Sequence record: OR525703.1
Direction: 5' to 3' (one strand)
Source of the DNA: Escherichia phage vB-Eco-KMB36
Length of the DNA: 44,710 nucleotides
A program made the translations under genes and the position numbers. Of this stretch, positions 7,950 through 15,680 are shown piece by piece (the stretch's first letter is position 1; each line of letters opens with the position of its first letter). Below the pieces are notes generated by a model. The model was not told where the DNA came from. It ran no database searches and was given only the letters and a program-made list of their open reading frames with translations.

Positions 7950-8248
7950 ATGGCCAAGACCGGAAAAGGCTTGCCGCGCAGCCTTCAGAATGTCGATTTC
8001 GGCGACTTTGATATCCCTGTCGCACTGCTACTACCAGCGTAGTTGGTGGGGTTAAAAAGTCAGCTACTGTGGATGCACCTGCGGCCGTTACCGCAGCCGC
8101 AGGGGAGCAGTCCGCTGCTGAACCGACTAAAGCCGAGTTCAACGCGCTTGTAGCGGAGTACAACAAACTCCTAACCGATGTTACCGCGCTGCGCACTACC
8201 GTAGCGAACCTGTTAACCGCGCTTAAAAACGCAGGAACTGTAAGCTAA
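7950..8248 (+). pseudogene. small Ala-rich coiled-coil protein gene split between two frames
   Basis: ATG 7950 with AAGAGG RBS stops after 30 codons at TAG 8040..8042; protein-like coding continues in the -1 frame from 8012 to 8248 without a start codon. Confidence 0.3.
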
Positions 8249-8260
8249 AGGAGATTAAAA

Positions 8261-8608
8261 ATGGTTGATGTAATTAAACGTCGTATTACCGGTGTTTCTG
8301 ATGAAGACTCTGACGGTCAGGTTGAAATCGACATGGCAAACATCTCTCCAGCGTCTTTTTCTACCGCACTGAGCGCCACCACAGCAGTTACAGCCGGGCA
8401 GACTATGACACTGACCGTAGTTGTTACTGGTGGTCTGGAGCCGTATTCCTACCAGTGGTACAAGAACAACAACGCTATCGCCGGGGCAAACGCGGCTTCC
8501 TATGCGAAGGCGTCCACCACTACCGCCGATTCAGGTACGTATAAAGTGGTTGTTCACGACGTGTATGGTAATATTATCTCCAGCAGCACTAAAGTAACCG
8601 TGTCTTAA
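8261..8608 (+). CDS. Ig-like domain protein (possible decoration or fibre)
   Basis: 115-aa ORF with Ig-like pattern YSYQWYKNN...SGTYKVVV. Confidence 0.5.
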   Translation: MVDVIKRRITGVSDEDSDGQVEIDMANISPASFSTALSATTAVTAGQTMTLTVVVTGGLEPYSYQWYKNNNAIAGANAASYAKASTTTADSGTYKVVVHDVYGNIISSSTKVTVS

Positions 8609-8644
8609 TACAATGGCCCTTCGGGGCCGTAATAAGGAAAGGTC

Positions 8645-8824
8645 ATGACAGATAATTATGTAATCCGTGAAAAGTACACCCACGTCGATATTGTCGATGG
8701 CCAGGTAATGCCCGTCCGCGGTGTTGTGGAAGCGGATGCGCTGGTTGCAGCACAACCGGACAACGAAGAAGCGCACAACAACGGCGGTGGCACTAAGCGT
8801 CGTCGCCGTAAGTCAGAGGAATAA
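8645..8824 (+). CDS. hypothetical small protein
   Basis: 59-codon ORF with AAGGAAAGG RBS; basic C-terminus; below ORF-track cutoff. Confidence 0.35.
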   Translation: MTDNYVIREKYTHVDIVDGQVMPVRGVVEADALVAAQPDNEEAHNNGGGTKRRRRKSEE

Positions 8825-8827
8825 TTT

Positions 8828-9340
8828 ATGCCGCTAATCGTGGAAACTGGGGCAATCGTCCCGAATGCCGACAGTTACATTAGTCTGGCTGACGCCCGCG
8901 CGTTAGCGGCTAATTATGGTCTTGAGTTACCCGCTGACGATACTGCCGCCGAAGTAGCCTTGCGCAACGGCGCTACTTATGTCGGGCTTGCAGAACCGCA
9001 GATGTGCGGTAGACGTGTATCCGCTGAACAGTCGCTGGCGTACCCGCGTACAGGAACAACACTAAACGGCTTCACCGTAGCTGATAATGTTATTCCGTCG
9101 CAGTTAATCCGTGCGCAAGTAATCGCCGCGGTTACATATGGCGCAGGCACTGATGTTCGGGCTAACTCCGATGGACGTTCCGTGCAGACTGAGCGTGTAG
9201 AGGGTGCGGTAACAGTGACCTACTTCAACAACGGCAGCAGTGGTGCTACGACCGCGATTACCGCTGCGGACGACGCCTTACGCCCGTTACTGTGCGGTGG
9301 TCTTAACAATGGCTTCTCGTTTAATGTGTACCGGGGTTAA
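8828..9340 (+). CDS. structural protein, head-tail connector region
   Basis: ORF in head-tail joining block; no motif recognised. Confidence 0.45.
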   Translation: MPLIVETGAIVPNADSYISLADARALAANYGLELPADDTAAEVALRNGATYVGLAEPQMCGRRVSAEQSLAYPRTGTTLNGFTVADNVIPSQLIRAQVIAAVTYGAGTDVRANSDGRSVQTERVEGAVTVTYFNNGSSGATTAITAADDALRPLLCGGLNNGFSFNVYRG

Positions 9341-9342
9341 AA

Positions 9343-9957
9343 ATGGCGAAGACTAAATCTGAGATATTTATCCTTATAGGGCAGGAGTTACCCGACAACA
9401 CGACGGGGCTTATCACTCCGGCCAAGCTGCGCGGTGTTCTTACGCAGATGGCTAACTCACCTATTTACGCCACTCCTGGCGTTAAAGAGGTTGAAGTTCT
9501 CCGTGCCGTATCTACCGTAACACAAGCGCCTACCGCGGTAGATACGGCATTGCAGTTAGCTTTCGGTCCCGCGCAGGGTAGCGCATCTGACCCGGTAATG
9601 ATTAATGCAGCGGGTCTGGTTACGTTCAACACCGCAGGTAACTATGCCGTTCGTATCAAGTTACAGGCTGGGCGCACGGGCGCTAGCGGAACATCTATCC
9701 TGCTATCGCGTATTCTTCTGGGCGGCGCTCAGTACGGCTCGCCGGCAGCTACTAAACTGGTAAGTGCTGATACTACAATCCCGATTGAATCTCGCGTCGT
9801 TATTAACACAACCGCAGGCCAGACGTTTGCCGTTCAGATTATGCGGGATAGTGCCGGGACCAACTTCGGCGGCGTATATCCGCAAGTTGCTACCGTAACC
9901 GCATGGGGTACAGCACCATCCGCATTACTGGTTATTTCGAGACTGGAGGCTGCCTGA
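9343..9957 (+). CDS. hypothetical structural protein
   Basis: 204-aa ORF, translationally coupled to neighbours. Confidence 0.45.
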   Translation: MAKTKSEIFILIGQELPDNTTGLITPAKLRGVLTQMANSPIYATPGVKEVEVLRAVSTVTQAPTAVDTALQLAFGPAQGSASDPVMINAAGLVTFNTAGNYAVRIKLQAGRTGASGTSILLSRILLGGAQYGSPAATKLVSADTTIPIESRVVINTTAGQTFAVQIMRDSAGTNFGGVYPQVATVTAWGTAPSALLVISRLEAA

Positions 9958-10051
9958 TGAATAAGTTCACATGTGGTGTAGTTTTTGGTTTTCTTACCGC
10001 GGTAGTCTTGCACAGTTACGGTGTTCTTTTGACGCTGCAAGAGGTGCTAAA

Positions 10052-10411
10052 ATGAGCACCGCTTTCAGTAAACGTATGCAAGGCGTCGGTACACGCCTGC
10101 TAACCAAATTCGGTAGCACGGTATCTCTTGTTCGCGCTGGCTCGAAAGTGTGGGATGAAGTTCTCGGTGAGTATGTCTGGTCCGCGGATGAAGTGCTGCC
10201 GTTGAAAGCTGTTCCGGTTCCGGTAAACGCAGGACTGGTGAACGGTACGACGATTCAGGCGGGCGACATGATTGTTAAAGCCGATTGCAGCGTCGTTCCG
10301 AAGATGGAAGACAAGGTACAATTCGGCGGCGAGCAATGGTCTGTCGTAGGTATCGAGAAGAAGATGGTTAACGACGATGTCGTGGCGTATTTTATTCAGG
10401 TTAGAAAATGA
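10052..10411 (+). CDS. head-tail adaptor-like protein
   Basis: ATG 10052 with AAGAGG RBS preferred over ATG 9971, which lacks an RBS. Confidence 0.45.
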   Translation: MSTAFSKRMQGVGTRLLTKFGSTVSLVRAGSKVWDEVLGEYVWSADEVLPLKAVPVPVNAGLVNGTTIQAGDMIVKADCSVVPKMEDKVQFGGEQWSVVGIEKKMVNDDVVAYFIQVRK

Positions 10412-10803
10412 GTTTCGCGCTTGATGTCTCTAAGTTCGTGGAAAAGGCGAAGAAGAATCCTGAGAAGGTGATGCGTCAGGTGTCTATTAAGCTGTTTTCC
10501 GCTATCATAAAGGCGAGTCCGGTAGATACAGGCCGCTTTCGTATGAACTGGATGGCATCTGGCGGTACTCCTGCTTCCGGGGTTACAGATGCTACGGATA
10601 AATCAGGAAACACGGCAACCGGAAACGCTACGAGTTTCATACTGAAAGCCGCCGACTGGCGCGAGTTCACGCTGACAAATAACCTGCCGTATGCACAACG
10701 GCTGGAGTATGGCTGGTCACAACAGGCTCCCGCCGGGATGGTCAGGACTAACGTGTCTCGCTTCCAGCAACTAATTAACGAAGAAGCCAACAAGGTGAAA
10801 TGA
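10408..10803 (+). CDS. neck / tail completion protein (HK97 gp10-like)
   Basis: Motif SPVDTGRFRMNW resembles the gp10-like family signature. Confidence 0.5.
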   Translation: MSFALDVSKFVEKAKKNPEKVMRQVSIKLFSAIIKASPVDTGRFRMNWMASGGTPASGVTDATDKSGNTATGNATSFILKAADWREFTLTNNLPYAQRLEYGWSQQAPAGMVRTNVSRFQQLINEEANKVK

Positions 10804-11216
10804 TGGGCTACTTTGAGGACTTAACAAAAGCGTTCGACGTGCCGCTGGTAGCCTTCGGAACCGCCAACGGCATCAAGGTTGCGCTTGAAAACATCGACGC
10901 GCCGACGTCAACCGATACGCCGTATCTGGCAAGTTACATGTTACTTGCGGATACAGAACAGGCGGATTTGTTCTTCACAGAACAACGCTCAGGTGTTTAT
11001 CAGGTCGACATTAACTACGCATCGGTGAAAGGTAGCGCGCCAATCAATAAAATGGCAGACTTACTTAACACGGCGTTTAAAGCAGGTAAGTCATTTTCGC
11101 GTAACGACATCTGCGCCGAGGTTCAATCGGTTAGCCTGGGGCCGCTGATTGTAGAAAACGGATGGGCCAAACGACCATTGTCAATTAACTTTATTGCATT
11201 CACCAAGAGGCTGTGA
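10800..11216 (+). CDS. tail terminator-like protein
   Basis: Position immediately upstream of major tail gene. Confidence 0.4.
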   Translation: MMGYFEDLTKAFDVPLVAFGTANGIKVALENIDAPTSTDTPYLASYMLLADTEQADLFFTEQRSGVYQVDINYASVKGSAPINKMADLLNTAFKAGKSFSRNDICAEVQSVSLGPLIVENGWAKRPLSINFIAFTKRL

Positions 11217-11218
11217 AT

Positions 11219-12385
11219 ATGGCTACAACTCCTTTTAAGGGCGCGAATACCGCGCAATTCTATGTGGCGGAAGTGACCCCTGGCGTAACACCGACTAACC
11301 CGGTCTGGTCGCCGTTGCGTAACACTGGCGGTGTTCCTGCGGTAACCCGCGATGCGCTGACTTCCAACGAACTCGACGGCAGCAGAGAAACCACATCCAT
11401 CCGCACCGGTAACAAACAGGTTAGCGGGGAGTACGCCATCGAACTTAGCTCACGTAGCCAGGATGATTTCCTTGCGGGTGCTATGACTTCTACGTGGCAG
11501 GACGGGGTAGAGATTACGGGTGCTGAAATTACGGTCGCTCCAGCGGGTAAAACATTCACCCGCGCTGCCGGTAGCTTCATTACTGACGGTGTAGAGGTTG
11601 GCGACCTGATTGCATTCACCGACTTAACCGGCGACAACGCAAAACCGTTTATCGTGACCGCGGTTTCTGCTCTTGTAGTTACGGGTGCGGGTATCCAGCA
11701 CACGCTGACAGCAGAGACTGTAACCACCGACGCTAAAACAGGCGATAAATTGGAAACCGGTAACGCATGTAAGACGTTCTCCATCCTGACATGGTTCAAA
11801 GGACAGTGCGGGAACCCTGACGCGTACATGCTGACCAAAGGCGTGGAAATCTCCGGTTTCACCATTGAACAGGCCGTAAACGCGATGGTGACAGGCAGCT
11901 TCCCGTTCATCGGCCTGAGCCAGGAGATTCTTTCCGGGCCGCCGGAAGGTTCCGACTTCTCTCAGGTCACATTCACTGACGAGCCGTTCTCTTCTGTAGA
12001 TGTGTCTGTGTTCGACGGTTCTACGCCGTTGCGTTGCGATACTCTTACCATAACCAACGACAACGGTGCGTCCGCACAGTTCGAACTAGGAAACAGTAGC
12101 GTTGCGTTCGTAGAACGTGGCCGCGCGGCTAACACATTCTCCATCTCCGGCAAGCTGTACGACATGGCGATGATTCAGAAGTTTATCAACGAGCAGCAGG
12201 TAGAGATTAACTCTATTCTGGCGGGGGTAAACGGGGCTATGTCTTTCAGTTTGAAACGTGCAGAGCTTACGGCGGTTACACCAGAAATATCAGGCCCAGA
12301 GTCAATCACTCAGAGCATAGAAGGACAGTCCACAGGCAATCAATATCAATCTTCTATTGTAATACAGCGTATTAGCTACGCGTAA
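11219..12385 (+). CDS. major tail (tube) protein
   Basis: About 390-aa ORF with AAGAGG RBS, followed by strong terminator; position upstream of chaperone and tape measure. Confidence 0.6.
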   Translation: MATTPFKGANTAQFYVAEVTPGVTPTNPVWSPLRNTGGVPAVTRDALTSNELDGSRETTSIRTGNKQVSGEYAIELSSRSQDDFLAGAMTSTWQDGVEITGAEITVAPAGKTFTRAAGSFITDGVEVGDLIAFTDLTGDNAKPFIVTAVSALVVTGAGIQHTLTAETVTTDAKTGDKLETGNACKTFSILTWFKGQCGNPDAYMLTKGVEISGFTIEQAVNAMVTGSFPFIGLSQEILSGPPEGSDFSQVTFTDEPFSSVDVSVFDGSTPLRCDTLTITNDNGASAQFELGNSSVAFVERGRAANTFSISGKLYDMAMIQKFINEQQVEINSILAGVNGAMSFSLKRAELTAVTPEISGPESITQSIEGQSTGNQYQSSIVIQRISYA

Positions 12386-12390
12386 GGAAA

Positions 12391-12416
12391 AGGCCCCGAA
12401 AGGGGCCTTACTATTT
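12391..12416. terminator. terminator hairpin shared by convergent genes
   Basis: AGGCCCCGAAAGGGGCCT hairpin between the major tail gene end and the minus-strand HNH gene end. Confidence 0.6.
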
Positions 12417-12899
12417 ACCGTGGTTCTCGTGGAACCCTAAATCTCTTTCAGCAACTCTCCTCGCGGCAACTGCATCTAGTAGCGTTTTAAAGCATCCGAT
12501 GTGTGTTTTTACGTTATTGTTGAATATCTGTGCGTACCACAACCTTTCTTTCGCGTTCCAGTAAACCCCGGTTACTCCTGATTTATTATTACGCTGTTTT
12601 GACATATTTTTATGGTTTTCCGCATTGGACTTTTTAGCTAAGTTAAGCGGTCTATTGTTTATTCGGTTATGGTCTAGATGGTCTATTTGATCTGACGAGG
12701 TTAGCTTATCGTTAGGATTGTTTAAGTCCCAAGCTATACGGTGCGCCGCGTGCCATTTACCTCTGAAAAATATCCTTCTATATCCGTCTCGCTGTACAGT
12801 ACCTGCCTCCTCTCCAGCCTTAGCCCTCCCGGAACGTGTTACTCTGTTAAATATCCTTCCTGAAATTAAGTCGTATATGAAAAATTCATTCCAGTCCAT
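12411..12899 (-). CDS. HNH homing endonuclease with AP2 DNA-binding domain
   Basis: IDHLDHNRINNRPLNL HNH core and AP2-like SGVTGVYWNAKERLWYAQI; start taken at the ATG 6 nt after AGGAG. Confidence 0.75.
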   Translation of the reverse strand: MDWNEFFIYDLISGRIFNRVTRSGRAKAGEEAGTVQRDGYRRIFFRGKWHAAHRIAWDLNNPNDKLTSSDQIDHLDHNRINNRPLNLAKKSNAENHKNMSKQRNNKSGVTGVYWNAKERLWYAQIFNNNVKTHIGCFKTLLDAVAARRVAERDLGFHENHGK

Positions 12900-12918
12900 A
12901 ATCATCTCCTGTTGCGAT

Positions 12919-12943
12919 AAGGCCCCGAAAGGGGCCTTTTTCT
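12919..12943 (+). terminator. terminator-like hairpin
   Basis: AAGGCCCCGAAAGGGGCC followed by TTTTTCT on the plus strand. Confidence 0.5.
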
Positions 12944-13173
12944 CACTCATCAATATTACTCCTGTACTCCCGTAACTTCTCCAGACTTTCAATTGCTTCA
13001 GCTAAGTCTGTTCCGGTGTCCTTGTGGCCACGCAAGCCCATACACAACAGCTTCTTCAATGCGTGTTGCAACGCCGGGTCGCGGATGTCGAAGGCACGCA
13101 GCACATCGTAAACGTCTACCGTCATAGTGCTGCCGTGGGTATTTGTCATTGTGCGGTTGTATTTATTTGTCAC
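12943..13173 (-). CDS. hypothetical protein
   Basis: 76-aa ORF, coupled to neighbours. Confidence 0.4.
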   Translation of the reverse strand: MTNKYNRTMTNTHGSTMTVDVYDVLRAFDIRDPALQHALKKLLCMGLRGHKDTGTDLAEAIESLEKLREYRSNIDE

Positions 13174-13363
13174 TGTTAACTCTCTTAAATCGGGCTATGC
13201 CTGACTCGTTAATGTTGCCTATTTCAAAGAAGCTGCGATATTTAGGCGAATACATTCTTACGTCGCCATTCTCTAGGGTGACCCCTTCATATACAGCGCC
13301 TACTTCGAATCCATTTTTCTCCGCGTACGGACTCACATCGGTGCATTCATACATATCTTTCAT
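13163..13363 (-). CDS. hypothetical protein
   Basis: 66-aa ORF. Confidence 0.4.
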   Translation of the reverse strand: MKDMYECTDVSPYAEKNGFEVGAVYEGVTLENGDVRMYSPKYRSFFEIGNINESGIARFKRVNSDK

Positions 13364-14490
13364 CCCAGCATCTCCGGTGAAATAGTTAAACGTGCGACCT
13401 CGCCATATTCGGCACTATAGGTAATTACATTTGCACTACGACCTGACATCCACCCGCCGCGGGAGGCGTAGGCGTCTTTAGCTGCTAAGGTGCGGTGTTG
13501 CTCAACAATCATGTTACGGCTTTCTACAATCTTCTGGTGGTGTAGGTGGCCTACGTGGGCGTAGCTGTAAACGCTCTCTCCGAACGCTTTGCGGAACTTG
13601 GCAATCATAACTGGCTCGATAGCGTCGAATCGTGCTTTATGCCCGTGGTGGAAGAACAGCGTCGTTTTGCCGTGTTGAACCATCTTGTAAACATCCGGCG
13701 ACGTATCGACGAACACACGCGGCTCATTGTCGTACAGCGTACTGAACATCTCAGCCAGCCAAATCATCCCGCTTTCGTCGTGGTTCCCTTGCACGATAAG
13801 CAAGCGAACAGTTTTATGCTTAACCAGTGCCATATCGACAACACGGCGTACCATACGAATCATGTAGCGGACCAGTTTCTGATAACGAGTGTCCGCATCA
13901 AGAACATGACCACTCGCTGGCGTAACCGCATCCAGACTATCGAAGTGCGCGAAGTCACCCAGCAGGTTAATAACCCCAGTTCCTGCATCTGGTGCTTTTT
14001 GAAATGCAGCATCAAACCAGCGGGAGAACAGGTCTTCCGCAATCTTCATGTCCCAGTCGTCGCCGCTCTCGTCGGCCCAGGCCAGCATACCGAGATGGAA
14101 ATCAGACACGGTGTAAAGATTGAGCAGCTTGTCGTCGCGTTTGGCACGGGCCGCTTTAACCGGTGCAACGGGAGTAATCTCTGACTTCATGCCTTCGATT
14201 ATGGCTTTCATCAATTCAACCTGACGTTCGGCGTCAGTATCTGTCTTAACCCATTGCAGTTTAGTGTTGCCGAACTCGTCCACAAGCGACGACGTTCCTT
14301 TAATCTTGTAGCCGTCCGGGACAAGATGGCTAACGTCACGACCGTGACCTACGCCTTTCTTCGCCAGCTTCGCTTTACGGATACGAATAACTCGGTCTGA
14401 GATGCCGTATTTACGGGATATGTCGATAATCTTTGTTCCGGCGTTCAATTCTTCCTGTAACTGTTCGTCGGTTATTTTAATCTGGGCCAT
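13360..14490 (-). CDS. calcineurin-like metallophosphoesterase with N-terminal HTH
   Basis: Motifs VSDFHLG, GDFAHFD, GNHDE, HHGH, GHLHH; N-terminal IDISRKYGISDRVIRIRK HTH-like segment. Confidence 0.7.
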   Translation of the reverse strand: MAQIKITDEQLQEELNAGTKIIDISRKYGISDRVIRIRKAKLAKKGVGHGRDVSHLVPDGYKIKGTSSLVDEFGNTKLQWVKTDTDAERQVELMKAIIEGMKSEITPVAPVKAARAKRDDKLLNLYTVSDFHLGMLAWADESGDDWDMKIAEDLFSRWFDAAFQKAPDAGTGVINLLGDFAHFDSLDAVTPASGHVLDADTRYQKLVRYMIRMVRRVVDMALVKHKTVRLLIVQGNHDESGMIWLAEMFSTLYDNEPRVFVDTSPDVYKMVQHGKTTLFFHHGHKARFDAIEPVMIAKFRKAFGESVYSYAHVGHLHHQKIVESRNMIVEQHRTLAAKDAYASRGGWMSGRSANVITYSAEYGEVARLTISPEMLG

Positions 14491-14529
14491 GCTTTACTTC
14501 CTCGTGTTTAGGATTTGTCCTATACTAGC

Positions 14530-14721
14530 TCACTTCTCTTTGACATTCGAGTTGCAAGCCCAGATTAAAATAAATACCCACGGCAGCAGAACCCAGCCAA
14601 GAAACAGATTGGCCATGAATATCGCTAATTTCGCTTTATGACCCCGCATATGGGCCACTAAAAACGGGATAAAATAAACTAAAACGATAATGATTAAGAA
14701 GAACATAGTAATACCTGTCAT
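14530..14721 (-). CDS. small membrane protein
   Basis: 63 aa with two hydrophobic helices. Confidence 0.45.
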   Translation of the reverse strand: MTGITMFFLIIIVLVYFIPFLVAHMRGHKAKLAIFMANLFLGWVLLPWVFILIWACNSNVKEK

Positions 14722-14762
14722 GGTGTAGCTCCTGTTTGAGTTAACATTGTTGGTGTAAGTGA

Positions 14763-14791
14763 ATAGTATCCTATTATGTTGGGGTGTGCAA
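14763..14791 (-). promoter_or_regulatory. sigma70-like promoter with AATAG-N4-CTATT palindrome
   Basis: Minus strand reads TTGCAC, 17 nt, TACTAT; near-identical to the plus-strand promoter at 37252..37280. Confidence 0.5.
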
Positions 14792-14898
14792 GTAATGTGT
14801 TAGAATTATTTTGCGCCTAGTGTCGCACACGAAAAGCGGGTGGTTCCCGTCTGGCGCATTTTCCTTAACCTGTAACCTCTTAACCAAAGGATTAAAGA

Positions 14899-15315
14899 AT
14901 GAAACTTTCTGATTTTTATTACGAAGCTGAGGCAGAAAAAGGCGCCCGTATGCCAATACCACTGAAAGACGGCACCGATTCAGGGGAGTGGCTGAACGTT
15001 GTTTCACCGGAGGCAGACGTTGCCGTTAAAGCTATGAGGGCGTTTACACTTGCGTACCGCGCGGCATTAGGTAAATTGAAACCGCTTCGTGATAAATGTG
15101 AGGAACTGAAAGATTTCTCGGAATACAATATTAAGATGGAAGACGCCGCGACGGACCTTAACCGCCAGTTAGCACTTGAACTGGTTAACGGTTGGAGTCT
15201 CGACGATGAATTTAATAAAGAGAACCTGAACACTCTTTTCTCACAATATAAACGCCTCGCTGAACACGTTGTTGTTTTCCACAACGAACAGCTTCACCAA
15301 TTGCAGGAAAAGTAG
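14899..15315 (+). CDS. tail assembly chaperone (G-like)
   Basis: 138-aa ORF immediately upstream of tape measure; ends GAA AAG TAG. Confidence 0.6.
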   Translation: MKLSDFYYEAEAEKGARMPIPLKDGTDSGEWLNVVSPEADVAVKAMRAFTLAYRAALGKLKPLRDKCEELKDFSEYNIKMEDAATDLNRQLALELVNGWSLDDEFNKENLNTLFSQYKRLAEHVVVFHNEQLHQLQEK

Positions 15316-15320
15316 ACGCG

Positions 15321-15680
15321 TTGCTCCAGTTTGCCCGTTGGAACTTCATAACCCGCCACAAACGGCGGGAGTTTGACAGTATTGCCGACGGGCATAAAGC
15401 TGCGCTAATTGCTATGGGGGTTATGCAAGATGCGCCGGAAGCAACGCAGGATACCGGGCCAGAATGCCCCCCTGAACTACTAACCACCTTCGAGAAGTAC
15501 AGGGAAATCAAATTCACACGCCGAGTGGATGACGACGGCATCAAGATGTACCCGCGCGAACAGTTACGATGGTCGGATTTAGTGGCGTACAGCACCGTTT
15601 CAGGCCAGAATATAGGCATGTTTGAATCCGACATCATCATGAGCTTAGACGCTATTTTCGAGGGTAGAAACGATGGCTGA
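15321..15680 (+). CDS. tail assembly chaperone GT extension (likely -1 frameshift product)
   Basis: -1 frame is open from 15264 to 15680 and overlaps tape measure start; putative slip site at GGAAAAG 15306..15312. Confidence 0.5.
   Translation: MLQFARWNFITRHKRREFDSIADGHKAALIAMGVMQDAPEATQDTGPECPPELLTTFEKYREIKFTRRVDDDGIKMYPREQLRWSDLVAYSTVSGQNIGMFESDIIMSLDAIFEGRNDG

Noticed and set aside
9971-10051. Upstream extension of ORF 9971..10411
   Set aside because: ATG 9971 has no RBS and encodes a Trp/Cys/Phe-rich leader; ATG 10052 with AAGAGG is the better start.
11260-11910. 216-aa minus-strand ORF
   Set aside because: Antisense to the major tail protein gene; composition looks like an antisense artefact.
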